A stretch of DNA of 64,000 nucleotides from a virus, in the IMG/VR virus record IMGVR_UViG_3300043419_000731, positions 56,466 through 120,465 of that record; one strand, written 5' to 3'. The translations under genes were made by a program, and so were the position numbers. The notes beneath the pieces are model-generated. The model worked only from the letters and a program-made list of their open reading frames with translations. It searched no databases and was not told the origin of the DNA. Below, piece after piece: positions 35,969-46,009 of the stretch (position 1 is its first letter; the number at the start of each line of letters is the position of its first letter).

Positions 35969-36643
35969 ATGGAAGATAAAACATTAGCTAACGGTCCTGC
36001 AAACTGGGACAATCGTACTTCAATAACTCCTCCAGGATTCTTTGGTAATACTCCAGAGCATATCCAGGCAAGAGAAAATTTTATGACTGAAGAAGAAAGA
36101 ACCTTTTTATTAGAAGCAGCAAAGTCTATTACGGAGTGGGATAGAACAGAAACACACTACAATGATGATGGAGTAATTATCTATGACTCAACATATTGGG
36201 ATAACCGTGTTGCTTCAAGACCGATCCTGGACTCTATAAATCCAGAGATATCAAATGTTATCGAAAAGCTCGTAGCTAGACTTAAAGTTGAAGTTGATAA
36301 TCACTTTAAGGTAGACGCTATGCCAACAAGCCCAGCTATTGTTAGATGGATGGAAGGATATAGACAAGAGCCACATGCAGACAAGCAATTGCAGAATGGC
36401 GAGCCTAATGATTTCCCATGGTATGACCTAGCTGGTCTATTTTACTTAAATGATGATTATGAGGGTGGAGAGCTTTACTTCATGCATCACGATATTGAAT
36501 TTAAGCCAAAGCCAGGAGCAGCATACTTCTTCCCAGGAGATGTTGGGTATAGCCATGGTGTAAGAGAAATAAAGAGCGGTATTAGATATGTTATTCCGTT
36601 CTTCTGGACTATTATGAAGCATACAGGAGATAAGCAGCCTTGA
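35969..36643 (+). CDS. 2OG-Fe(II) oxygenase, P4H-like (3 of 7), leaderless
   Basis: HAD...YLNDDYEGGE...HGV...GIRY. Confidence 0.87.
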   Translation: MEDKTLANGPANWDNRTSITPPGFFGNTPEHIQARENFMTEEERTFLLEAAKSITEWDRTETHYNDDGVIIYDSTYWDNRVASRPILDSINPEISNVIEKLVARLKVEVDNHFKVDAMPTSPAIVRWMEGYRQEPHADKQLQNGEPNDFPWYDLAGLFYLNDDYEGGELYFMHHDIEFKPKPGAAYFFPGDVGYSHGVREIKSGIRYVIPFFWTIMKHTGDKQP

Positions 36644-37380
36644 GTAAACAATGCACATGTGGAAGATCTCAGTCTTATCCTTTTTGCGATAACACTCACG
36701 CTCAGCCATCACATCCAGTAATTCAAACAATCAATCCTCATGCATTTAGCTACTTTAATAAAAAGGATTCTGCGGAGAATGTTGTTGTTCAAGTTCCCAA
36801 GTTTATCTCTAAGGGTATGTCAAAAGACCTAATTGATGTTTTTGAAAAGGATGAGCTGTGGCAGGATGTTGGATTCCACAAGGCAAGTAATTTATTTCAT
36901 ATAGATTTTGCAGGCAATAAAGAACTTGCTGATCTGTGGGAAGAGCTTGTTTCAACTATTAAAAGGGCTACAGAAATAGTATTTAAAGACAAGGTTGTAA
37001 ACACTGGCTTATATATTCAAAAATGGCCAGAAGGATCGTATGGAATAAAACATAATGATATGTACAATTTTGATGGAAGCATCGGCAATTTAACATCCAG
37101 AATAGCAACAACCTTATTCTTGCACTCACCTTTTACTGGAGGGAATTTAGAGTTCCCAGATCATGAGCTAGCTATTGAGCCTAAGATGGGGTCACTGTAT
37201 TTGTTCAAAGGTGGACCAGACAACGAACATCAAATTGCAGAAATAACATCTGGATTAAGATATACAGTTATTGCATTTTGGGATTTTGAAAGCTCAACCT
37301 ATACCGATGAAGAATTACAGGGTATGGAAGATAGCAAGAAGAAGTGGGAAAATTATATGAAGACAGGTGAGGGGCTATGA
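36640..37380 (+). CDS. CDGSH iron-sulfur motif fused to 2OG-Fe(II) oxygenase (4 of 7)
   Basis: CTCGRSQSYPFCDNTH; HND...GGNLEF...HQI...GLRY; TTG start. Confidence 0.78.
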   Translation: MSKQCTCGRSQSYPFCDNTHAQPSHPVIQTINPHAFSYFNKKDSAENVVVQVPKFISKGMSKDLIDVFEKDELWQDVGFHKASNLFHIDFAGNKELADLWEELVSTIKRATEIVFKDKVVNTGLYIQKWPEGSYGIKHNDMYNFDGSIGNLTSRIATTLFLHSPFTGGNLEFPDHELAIEPKMGSLYLFKGGPDNEHQIAEITSGLRYTVIAFWDFESSTYTDEELQGMEDSKKKWENYMKTGEGL

Positions 37381-38174
37381 CAAAAGACTTAGAGTTTATT
37401 ACGATATATCCTAGAATAAATGTTTATAGAAATACATTTAAAGATGTAGAAAAATTTTTAGAGCAAGCAAAGTCAGAAGAGGGATGGATTCAGTGGTATA
37501 CCTTTGGACAAATGCTGCCTCTCCAAGAAGCGCCTCTTGATTTTGACCATTTCCCAACAAAAGAAGAGTATATTAAGCTAAGAGATTCACAGCCATCTTC
37601 TCAAAAGAATTTAACAGATGAGATAGGTGAAATATTCTACGACGTAACAAAGCATTGGTTAGACATGAATCCAGATATGGGATTAATTAATTACCATAAG
37701 GGATCAGCATCAATTAATATCTATAAGAATGAAGCTGGGTTATCAGAAAACTACTCTATGAATTATCATACAGATTTTGTTGTACCTCTTAGAGATGCAC
37801 CAGGAACCAAGTTTGGCATTACAACAACATTTTATTTGAATGACGATTATGAAGATGGAGAGATCTGTTTTAAGATTGGAGATCATTTTATATCTCACAA
37901 GCCTAAAGCAGGAGATGTTATTGTATTCCCATCAAGAGACCCATACTACCATGCAGTAAGAAAGTCTTCTGGTAACAATAGATATATGATCAGATCATTC
38001 TGGGAGTACAACTTCCCTGGTACCGATGAGTGGCTTGCTGGACAAGCAGAGCACGGTGAAGAAAAATGGGCTGAGATGGAAAAGATCAGGTTTAAAAAAG
38101 AGATAGAAGGCACACAGCAGCAAGCTGAAGATGTTCACGAATTCTTTGGGAGAGACAACGGTAAATACTTATGA
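37377..38174 (+). CDS. 2OG-Fe(II) oxygenase, P4H-like (5 of 7)
   Basis: HTD...YLNDDYEDGE...FPS...HAV...NRY. Confidence 0.85.
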   Translation: MTKDLEFITIYPRINVYRNTFKDVEKFLEQAKSEEGWIQWYTFGQMLPLQEAPLDFDHFPTKEEYIKLRDSQPSSQKNLTDEIGEIFYDVTKHWLDMNPDMGLINYHKGSASINIYKNEAGLSENYSMNYHTDFVVPLRDAPGTKFGITTTFYLNDDYEDGEICFKIGDHFISHKPKAGDVIVFPSRDPYYHAVRKSSGNNRYMIRSFWEYNFPGTDEWLAGQAEHGEEKWAEMEKIRFKKEIEGTQQQAEDVHEFFGRDNGKYL

Positions 38175-38935
38175 AAAATGGAATGATTGATGTAATAGAT
38201 CCTGATAAGTTTATTATTTTACAGGATGAGGTTGTACCAGAAGAAAAAGCTGGGGTGCTAGGCGTTTATACAAATAAGATAGTTGAGATCCCAAACTTTA
38301 TTGACCCAGAAGTTGTTCCAAAGATGATTAACTTTTTTGAAAATTGCGACGTAGACTGGGGAGATATTGCATTTTATGGATCTTCAGGCAAAGGTATTTT
38401 AACTGATGCCACCACAATGGAAAAGTTTGGATTGCCAGATGGATTCTTTGATAAACTAAAAGACAAGTATCAGGAAGCAGTTACAACTGTATTTGGCAGA
38501 GAGGTAAGAGCAAATACTTCTCATGCACAGAAATGGGATGTGGGAGGATTTGCATCACCACACTCAGACAATTCAAATAATGAAGGAAAACCAAATGCAT
38601 TTGAGATTAATAAATACGTAGGCATTTTATATCTAAATGATGATTATGAAGGTGGAAATCTTTATTTCTGTGACAAAGATAAAGAGATGGAGCCATATCT
38701 ATCATTTAAGCCAAATGCATACTCTTACTATGTTTTCCCAGGAGGATATGAAAATATTCATGGAGTTGCTGAGATCACAGCTGGAACGAGATATACAATG
38801 GTTTCATTCTGGGACTTTGCAGATTTAGAATATGACGAAGAGACTCTAGAGCGCTGGAAAGAAGAAGAGCGCCAGGTTAGAGTTGAGCAGGCCGCACAGA
38901 AAGAAGAGTGGGAAAAGGGTAACAAGTATGCCTAA
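38171..38935 (+). CDS. 2OG-Fe(II) oxygenase, P4H-like (6 of 7)
   Basis: HSD...YLNDDYEGG...HGV...GTRY. Confidence 0.87.
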   Translation: MKNGMIDVIDPDKFIILQDEVVPEEKAGVLGVYTNKIVEIPNFIDPEVVPKMINFFENCDVDWGDIAFYGSSGKGILTDATTMEKFGLPDGFFDKLKDKYQEAVTTVFGREVRANTSHAQKWDVGGFASPHSDNSNNEGKPNAFEINKYVGILYLNDDYEGGNLYFCDKDKEMEPYLSFKPNAYSYYVFPGGYENIHGVAEITAGTRYTMVSFWDFADLEYDEETLERWKEEERQVRVEQAAQKEEWEKGNKYA

Positions 38936-39524
38936 CCTTGAAAAGTTTGGCAAGATTCATTATTACAAAAATGTAATTGCTGATCCCGCATCTTTAATAG
39001 ATTTAATTGAAACATTAGACGAAGAGTTAACAGACGATACATCTATCCCAAAATGGCAAGAGTGGTCAGCAAGTGGAGATATCCCATATGTATTTGGATA
39101 TCAAAAAAGATTTAAGGATGGCGTAGATACTGACGATAATCCCAAAATACGTGAGATAAACAATATTTTAAAAGAAGCAATAATAGAATCATCAAATGAC
39201 TATGCCAACATTTATCAGGCAGAGCTAGGCATGCTTATGCCAATATCTGTTAGCAAATATTCTACAACAAAATCCATGGGGCCACATGTAGATGATTATG
39301 GAAATGAAGATAATCCAAACATTTCAGTTGTTCTTTATCTTAACGATGATTATGAAGGCGGAGAGCTTTACTTTAAAGATCAGGATGTAAAGATAAAGCC
39401 AGAGGCTGGGAGTATAGTAATTTTCCCATCTATTGAGCCTTATTATCACGAATCCCTACCAGTTGTTTCTGGCACAAAGTATATGTGTCCAGGATTCTGG
39501 CGTAAAACTAACAAGGTGGTATAA
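38928..39524 (+). CDS. 2OG-Fe(II) oxygenase, P4H-like (7 of 7)
   Basis: HVD...YLNDDYEGGE...HES...GTKY; start MPNLEK. Confidence 0.87.
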   Translation: MPNLEKFGKIHYYKNVIADPASLIDLIETLDEELTDDTSIPKWQEWSASGDIPYVFGYQKRFKDGVDTDDNPKIREINNILKEAIIESSNDYANIYQAELGMLMPISVSKYSTTKSMGPHVDDYGNEDNPNISVVLYLNDDYEGGELYFKDQDVKIKPEAGSIVIFPSIEPYYHESLPVVSGTKYMCPGFWRKTNKVV

Positions 39525-39531
39525 TTAAAAA

Positions 39532-40749
39532 ATGAGTACAACAGGTAAAGGCTTTCATTATCCAGTCTACACAGACACTCCAGACGTCCCTAGAGACCTA
39601 GAGCAGCTAGCAAGAGACGTAGACGCATATCTTGATGCCCATCCAGGCCCACAAGGTGAACAGGGTCCTGCAGCAACAGTAGCAGTTGGAACTGTTGAGG
39701 TTTTGCCACCAGGATCAACGCCAGAGGTTATTAATGTTGGAAACTCAAATGATGCAGTATTTAACTTTAAGATTCCCAGAGGAGTAGATGGGGTTCTTGG
39801 AGGACCTGGACCTGCGAATGAACTTTCTATAAATCCTACAATTACAGGAGAAGCTGGTACGCAGGCAAGCGTTGTTATATCGGGAACTGCTCCATCACAA
39901 ACTTTAACATTTACAATTCCAAAAGGCGACAAAGGTGAGACTGGCGCAAAAGGAGACAAAGGAGATACTGGAGAGCAAGGTCCAGCTGCCGCAACAATAT
40001 CTGTATCACCAACAACTGTAACAGGAGCCCCTGGAACAAATGCATCCGTTACAAATTCTGGCACATCAAGTGCTGTTGTTTTAAACTTTACAATTCCTAG
40101 AGGCGCAACAGGAGCAACAGGAGCAGCTGGCGCAGATGGCGCTCAAGGTCCTGCAGGAGCAGATGGTGTAACACCATCACTTGATCCTTTAACTCAAGTA
40201 ATAAGCTTAAACGTTCCAAATGGTGCAGGAGACGGAGTTAACTCACATTGGTACCCATTAGCATCTGGATCCTATTCTTTAGGAAAAGATGCTACAAGCG
40301 GTACAGCAAGATACTGGAGAGATGTTTTTGCAACAGGAACAGTTAGAGCCGCATCTGTCATCGCATCTGGAAATATGTATATCAATACATCAACTATTGT
40401 AACTTCAGATCAAAATTTAAAAAACAATATTAACACTTCTGACTTAGGTCTTGATTTTATTAATTCATTAAATCCAGTAAGCTATAAGTATAATGTTGGC
40501 GGGATAGACTATGTTCTTAACAATGATGGAACACATACAGAAGTTGAAGTCCCTGGAACTAGAACACACTACGGCTTAATTGCACAAGAAGTAAAGCAAG
40601 CACTAGATGAAGCTGGAGTAGAAGATTTTGGCGGATGGGTACAGCAAGAAGATAATACTCAGGCATTAAGATATGAAGAGTTTATATCTCCACTAATTAA
40701 AGCGGTACAAGAACTTACAGCGAGAGTTAAAGCACTAGAAGAGGCGTAA
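39532..40749 (+). CDS. collagen-like tail fibre with C-terminal peptidase S74 chaperone
   Basis: Gly-X-Y runs; SDQNLKNNI, GLIAQEV, YEEFISPLIKAVQEL. Confidence 0.82.
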   Translation: MSTTGKGFHYPVYTDTPDVPRDLEQLARDVDAYLDAHPGPQGEQGPAATVAVGTVEVLPPGSTPEVINVGNSNDAVFNFKIPRGVDGVLGGPGPANELSINPTITGEAGTQASVVISGTAPSQTLTFTIPKGDKGETGAKGDKGDTGEQGPAAATISVSPTTVTGAPGTNASVTNSGTSSAVVLNFTIPRGATGATGAAGADGAQGPAGADGVTPSLDPLTQVISLNVPNGAGDGVNSHWYPLASGSYSLGKDATSGTARYWRDVFATGTVRAASVIASGNMYINTSTIVTSDQNLKNNINTSDLGLDFINSLNPVSYKYNVGGIDYVLNNDGTHTEVEVPGTRTHYGLIAQEVKQALDEAGVEDFGGWVQQEDNTQALRYEEFISPLIKAVQELTARVKALEEA

Positions 40750-40752
40750 GAC

Positions 40753-42564
40753 ATGTCATATAAATACACAGTCTTACAAGATAAGCCAACATCGTTTTAC
40801 ATGCTTGATGAAATTAGATCAGGTACGATTGGAAATTACACAAACTTATTGTCTAGATTTGCCACATATCAGGATCTAAAAGACAATGGAGTTTCATACT
40901 CAGCAATAAGCGGTTTGCCAATATATGATTATTCAGGCAATGCAAATGATGGGTATGCAATTAATGCCTCTAACAAAGAATTGATGCCCATCGTGACTGG
41001 TACAGTGAGAGGAACTGAAATCCTTGCAGATACTGAAATAGCTTTTAAAGCCCCAGGTATTGCAACAAAGTATTACGCAGATAATTCTTTTGCTATCGAG
41101 ATGTGGGTAAAGCTCCCAGGCAAATCTAGCTCTTCACAGATGCTTCTAGGAGATATAGACCTTGGCTTCGGAATATTTTATGAGGGATCAAATGTTGTAT
41201 TCCGAATAGGAGATAATGAGTGCTTTTATAAGGTTTCAGATAGAGAAGCAATTTACATAGTAGCTCAATTCTCTTCAAATAAAATGTGGCTAACTATAAA
41301 TGGAATAGAGGTTGACTCCGTATCTCTAGATGGATATAAGTTTCAAAATAGTAGCATAAGCTTTAAGATTGGCCCAGCTATAAACAAATTCTTTGTTGAT
41401 GCTGTTGGTTTTTATAGATTTAATTTATCTGCTGGCCAGATCAACAAGCATTACCTAGAAGGAACTAAAGAGATTAATTACTCACAAATAGTTTCTGCAG
41501 ACAATGGTTATCTATTTAGCATTAACGCTTCAAGAATTAAGCCTACACTAAAGTACTCTTATCCAGAATCTAAGTCTTGGGATGAGCTAGCAGATGAAGG
41601 AATATCAGTTTCGCAAGACAAGAAGTATCTTTATTTTGAAAAAACAACAGAACCAGCAACTGCATCTTTTGAATTTATTGATGAGCTTTTTGTCCCAAGC
41701 CATCTTGGAATAACAACTTCTCAAATATATTGGGATGAGGATACGGCGGGGACAAGAGTTTATGTTAGCTCAGACAACTCATCTTGGCAAGAATGTATCA
41801 ATGGATCACCAATGCCTCTATTTAATAAAAATGACGACCTTATATCAGATGTTATATATATAAAGGTTGTGCTGTCATCTACAGATACATCAAAAGACTT
41901 TACAAGACTAAGCTCTTTAAGAATTAACTTATTTAAGAACAAAGATGTATATTCAGATAATTATGGATATACTATATCATCTGACTATGATTATGGAATT
42001 CCAGAATTCAATAACAGAATACTTTTGTGCAACAGATATAATGGAATTAAAATGTACGACGGGCATGGGTTTTCTATAAATGCTGGAATGTCGACAAAAA
42101 CTATTGAGCTTATTTATACCCCAGGATCTGGAGAAAATGTGCTTTTCTCAACACCATCCTCATCATACGAGTGGACTTCTGGTGGGGCAATAACAAAGTC
42201 GGGGATATCAGAGATATATGTAAACGGTATAGATCGATACAGCTCTACAAATATTAACGATTTCCTTGTTGAAGGACTCCCCCATCATATAGTGATAGTG
42301 TTAGATTCACCACAATCCTCTGGAGTAAAGATAAATCAAAATCAGGGTGACACCAAGTCTGGCCAAGACCAGCTGTATAGCAATATTGCAATATATGATT
42401 ATGAGCTTTTGTCTCATCAAATAGATAAACATTATAAGCTTTATACGGACAACATAGTGAATCTAGTAGACGACACTTCCTTTACTATATCCGAAGGCAC
42501 AACAGGTAACGATTCTACTGCGTTTGTAGTGTTTTCTGTACAGCCAGATGCTATAAGTGTCTAA
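40753..42564 (+). CDS. virion protein with LamG/concanavalin-like domain
   Basis: DYSGNANDG, FAIEMWVK, QINKHY pattern repeated at the C-terminus. Confidence 0.6.
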   Translation: MSYKYTVLQDKPTSFYMLDEIRSGTIGNYTNLLSRFATYQDLKDNGVSYSAISGLPIYDYSGNANDGYAINASNKELMPIVTGTVRGTEILADTEIAFKAPGIATKYYADNSFAIEMWVKLPGKSSSSQMLLGDIDLGFGIFYEGSNVVFRIGDNECFYKVSDREAIYIVAQFSSNKMWLTINGIEVDSVSLDGYKFQNSSISFKIGPAINKFFVDAVGFYRFNLSAGQINKHYLEGTKEINYSQIVSADNGYLFSINASRIKPTLKYSYPESKSWDELADEGISVSQDKKYLYFEKTTEPATASFEFIDELFVPSHLGITTSQIYWDEDTAGTRVYVSSDNSSWQECINGSPMPLFNKNDDLISDVIYIKVVLSSTDTSKDFTRLSSLRINLFKNKDVYSDNYGYTISSDYDYGIPEFNNRILLCNRYNGIKMYDGHGFSINAGMSTKTIELIYTPGSGENVLFSTPSSSYEWTSGGAITKSGISEIYVNGIDRYSSTNINDFLVEGLPHHIVIVLDSPQSSGVKINQNQGDTKSGQDQLYSNIAIYDYELLSHQIDKHYKLYTDNIVNLVDDTSFTISEGTTGNDSTAFVVFSVQPDAISV

Positions 42565-42627
42565 TATCTGACAACACTCTGACAAAAATCTGGACTTTAG
42601 CATCAACTAATGGTATGATTATGGTCT

Positions 42628-42966
42628 ATGGATATCTTAAACAAAAACACGAGAATCATTGAAGAGACCACACTAGGCATATATGTGTGGGAAATGCCTG
42701 ACGGCAGATGGATTGGAGACGACGATGGCAATTTTCTTTCGATCACGTCAAAAAAAGGCAATAGATCCAGAATCGATGCTTTGGCTAGAGAAGTTCGCTC
42801 ATACGGTATATATGAGGGCAATCCCAAGTTCCTTTCAGGGCGTAGAAAAATTGACGACGAAGAATTTGAACATCAGAATGAAAGACTCAAATGGGGATTA
42901 ACACCAGATCCTTTGGATATTGGAGTGTATAAGGACTCGATGTTGAGAAATGGGGCGGTACAGTGA
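42628..42966 (+). CDS. hypothetical protein upstream of portal
   Basis: ORF track; coupled to portal start. Confidence 0.7.
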   Translation: MDILNKNTRIIEETTLGIYVWEMPDGRWIGDDDGNFLSITSKKGNRSRIDALAREVRSYGIYEGNPKFLSGRRKIDDEEFEHQNERLKWGLTPDPLDIGVYKDSMLRNGAVQ

Positions 42967-44555
42967 CAAGAAGAGTTGAGTTTATGGAAGATGAAATCGA
43001 TAGCGTAAATACAATCGATATATCTAACACAGCAGATTGGTTTCACTTTCAAAAAGCAGAAGAGCACGATGACCCATTTAAGATAGGCATCGATGACATA
43101 AAGAAGCTAAGAGGTCTAGGAGCTAACTTTAAGAGAAAGATTAACCGTGATTTCTCAAAAGCCTTCGTAGGCACTGGCGGAACTGCAACTCAGCAAAACT
43201 TATTACAGCAAGCAATTAGCGGCTATGCTTTATTTGATTTAGTTGAACCTACTTATAACTTAGAATATCTTTCAAAGATTTATGAAATATCAACATACAA
43301 CTATGCAGCAATTAATGCAAAAGTTTCTAACATTGTTGGCTTAGGGTATACATTTACAGAAACTGATAAAGCTAAAGATGCAATGGATGCTATCACAGAT
43401 TCAAAGCAGTTAGATAGAGCTCGTGCAAAGATTGAAAGAATTAAAACTCAGCTAGATAGATGGCTTGATGACTGCAACGAAGAAGAGTCATTTACTGAGA
43501 CCCTAATAAAGGCCTACACAGACCTTGAGGCGACAGGAAACGGATACATTGAGATTGGTCGTACAACAGCGGGAGATATCGGCTATATCGGCCACATACC
43601 AGCTAAGACAATGCGTGTACGTCGCTACCGTGACGGATTTATTCAGTTGCTATACGGCAAGGCCGTATTCTTTAGAAACTTTGGCGATCTAGAAACACCA
43701 AGCCCAATTGCTGGGCAAGAAGAGCGACCAAATGAGATCATTCATTTGAAGAAGTACACTCCGATGAATAACTATTATGGAGTCCCAGACATTATTGCAG
43801 CTCAGCAAGCTTTGGCTGGAAATGAATTTGCTGGAAGATACAACCTTGATTACTTTGAAAACAAGGCGGTCCCAAGATATATCATTACAGTTAAGGGTGC
43901 AAAGCTTTCTCCAGAATCAGAAAGAAAGCTTCTTGAATTTTTCCAGGTCGGATTGAAGGGTAAGAACCACAGATCCCTTTACATTCCATTGCCAGCAGAT
44001 ACACCAGATTCAAAGACCGAATTTAAGATGGAGCCAATTGAGGCTGGAGAGCAAGAGTCTTCATTTAATATTTATCGTAAAACAAATAGAGATGAAATCC
44101 TTCTTGCTCACAGAGTTCCTATTAATAAAATTGGAACTCCAGAAGGTGTAAACCTTGCCGTTGCTCGTGATGCCGATAAGACATTTAAAGAGCAGGTTTG
44201 CCGACCAGCACAGGATAGACTTGAAAAGAAATTAAATTATATTATTGCAGAAAAGACAGATGTCCTACAGCTTAAATTTAATGAGCTTAGCCTGACTGAT
44301 GAATTAACTCAAAGCCAGATCGATGAGATTTATTTGAGAATGCAGGTTATTACCCCTAATGAAGTTCGTCTAAGAAAGAATATGACGACAATTGAGGGTG
44401 GGGATGAAGTAGTAGAATTAAAGCCTCAGCAGGCTGCCGATCAACAAGCCAAGTCTACTGGTAATAGAACCAGAGACCAAGAACGTGCCAAGAATGCTCC
44501 AGATAAAACTGGTGAGGGCAGAAATGCTAAGGGCGATGGTCCAAAAGTCAAATAA
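42963..44555 (+). CDS. portal protein
   Basis: DLEATGNGYIE, IIHLK.Y...YYGVP, YFEN.AVP, AHRVP...IG, ITPNEVR. Confidence 0.9.
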   Translation: MTRRVEFMEDEIDSVNTIDISNTADWFHFQKAEEHDDPFKIGIDDIKKLRGLGANFKRKINRDFSKAFVGTGGTATQQNLLQQAISGYALFDLVEPTYNLEYLSKIYEISTYNYAAINAKVSNIVGLGYTFTETDKAKDAMDAITDSKQLDRARAKIERIKTQLDRWLDDCNEEESFTETLIKAYTDLEATGNGYIEIGRTTAGDIGYIGHIPAKTMRVRRYRDGFIQLLYGKAVFFRNFGDLETPSPIAGQEERPNEIIHLKKYTPMNNYYGVPDIIAAQQALAGNEFAGRYNLDYFENKAVPRYIITVKGAKLSPESERKLLEFFQVGLKGKNHRSLYIPLPADTPDSKTEFKMEPIEAGEQESSFNIYRKTNRDEILLAHRVPINKIGTPEGVNLAVARDADKTFKEQVCRPAQDRLEKKLNYIIAEKTDVLQLKFNELSLTDELTQSQIDEIYLRMQVITPNEVRLRKNMTTIEGGDEVVELKPQQAADQQAKSTGNRTRDQERAKNAPDKTGEGRNAKGDGPKVK

Positions 44556-44572
44556 GTTTAATCAACTGCTAT

Positions 44573-44601
44573 TTGCGTTAGAGTAAATAAAGCATTAAAA
44601 T
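44573..44601 (+). promoter_or_regulatory. SigA-type promoter giving a leaderless transcript
   Basis: TTGCGT-N17-TAAAAT, ATG 7 nt downstream. Confidence 0.55.
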
Positions 44602-44608
44602 TAAGCAT

Positions 44609-45991
44609 ATGAACATCGAGAAGTCACACTGGTCTGCAGATGGAGAGAACCTCCATTTATCTGTACCATTCACAAAAGTAAATCGTGAGAACAGAACCGT
44701 ATCAGGTTTTGCTACTCTTGACAACATTGATCAAACAGGCGATGTTGTAACAGCAGAAGCAAGCATCAAGGCGTTTGAGAACTTTAGAGGAAATCTCCGT
44801 GAGATGCATCAGTCAATTGCAGTTGGTAAAGTTGTTTCATTCAAACCAGAAACATACTATGACCAGAAGTCTCAGAATTTTTACAATGGTGTTTATGTAA
44901 CATCATACATTTCAAAGGGTGCACAAGATACTTGGGAAAAAGTTCTTGACGGCACTCTTTCTGGTTTCTCAATCGGCGGAAAGATTAAAGAGTCAGACAA
45001 TGAAGTTAACAAAGCTACAGGACAGCAAGTTCGTTTTATTAAGGACTATGATCTAGTAGAACTTTCAATTGTTGATTCACCAGCAAATGAGCTATGCAAC
45101 ATTTTTTCAATTGAAAAAGTAAACGGCCAAATGGTATACAAGGGTATTGCTACAGAAGTAGTTACAGAAAATATTTTTTACTGCGAAGAAAGTGATTCTG
45201 TTTTTATGTCAACAGAAAAAACTTTTGAGTCACCAGTATCAGGAAAACCAGCCACACTTATTGGTTGGGTGGAGAGCTCAGATATGAACAAATCAAAAGA
45301 GATAAATAGAATTCTTGCTTCATTTAAGAAGTCAAGATTACCGTTGCCTGAAACACAATTAGCAAAACAGGCAAACGTAGAAGGAGGTAATGACATGGAA
45401 AAACTTAATGTAGGCAAAGAAGCTGAAGTAGTTGCAGAAGCAACCGTAGAAGCTCCAGCTGAAGTTACTCCAGAAGTTGAGACACCAGCTGAAGAGGCAC
45501 CAGTTGCCGAAGCAGCAGATGAATCAAACGTCAATCTTTTTGACAAATCATCAGATGTTGCAGAAGTTGCAGCAGAAGATACCTCTGCCGACAACGTTGA
45601 AAAAGCAGCCGAAGCAGTAGAAGTTATGGTTGATGAACCTGATTTTGCAAAAATGTTAGGCGACCTAAAAGGCTTTTTCTCTGAAACATTAACAAAGGCA
45701 ACCGAAGCAAATGCACTGCAGGTCACAGAAATTAAGACATCTGTAGAAGCATTCAGCAAGAACGTCGATGCTAGAATTTTAGAGTTGGCAGAAAAGCACA
45801 GCGCACTTAGTGATGCTGTTGCAGAAATCAAGGGCACCATCGATGGTGTTCAAAAGCGTGTAGATGCCGTAGAAGGCGATACAGCAATTAAGAAGTCCTC
45901 TGACCTTGGCGGGTCTGAGGTATTTACCAAATCAAAATCAAAATGGTCAGGAGCTTTCCTCGGTTCCGTAAATGAAATCTTTTCAAATTAA
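44609..45991 (+). CDS. prohead protease with acidic scaffold-like C-terminus
   Basis: VSGFA...DQTGD, REMH, GFSIGG, ELSIVDSPAN; E/A-rich tail. Confidence 0.85.
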   Translation: MNIEKSHWSADGENLHLSVPFTKVNRENRTVSGFATLDNIDQTGDVVTAEASIKAFENFRGNLREMHQSIAVGKVVSFKPETYYDQKSQNFYNGVYVTSYISKGAQDTWEKVLDGTLSGFSIGGKIKESDNEVNKATGQQVRFIKDYDLVELSIVDSPANELCNIFSIEKVNGQMVYKGIATEVVTENIFYCEESDSVFMSTEKTFESPVSGKPATLIGWVESSDMNKSKEINRILASFKKSRLPLPETQLAKQANVEGGNDMEKLNVGKEAEVVAEATVEAPAEVTPEVETPAEEAPVAEAADESNVNLFDKSSDVAEVAAEDTSADNVEKAAEAVEVMVDEPDFAKMLGDLKGFFSETLTKATEANALQVTEIKTSVEAFSKNVDARILELAEKHSALSDAVAEIKGTIDGVQKRVDAVEGDTAIKKSSDLGGSEVFTKSKSKWSGAFLGSVNEIFSN

Positions 45992-46009
45992 GGGTAGGTG
46001 AAATAAAAA

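Noticed and set aside
40753-42966. Terminase upstream of portal
   Set aside because: No Walker A/B or nuclease motifs; terminase must lie outside the window
45178-45840. 220-aa antisense ORF; likewise 59065-59718, 22669-23175, 39567-40064, 1986-2345
   Set aside because: Opposite well-supported genes; expected from codon bias; no RBS or motifs
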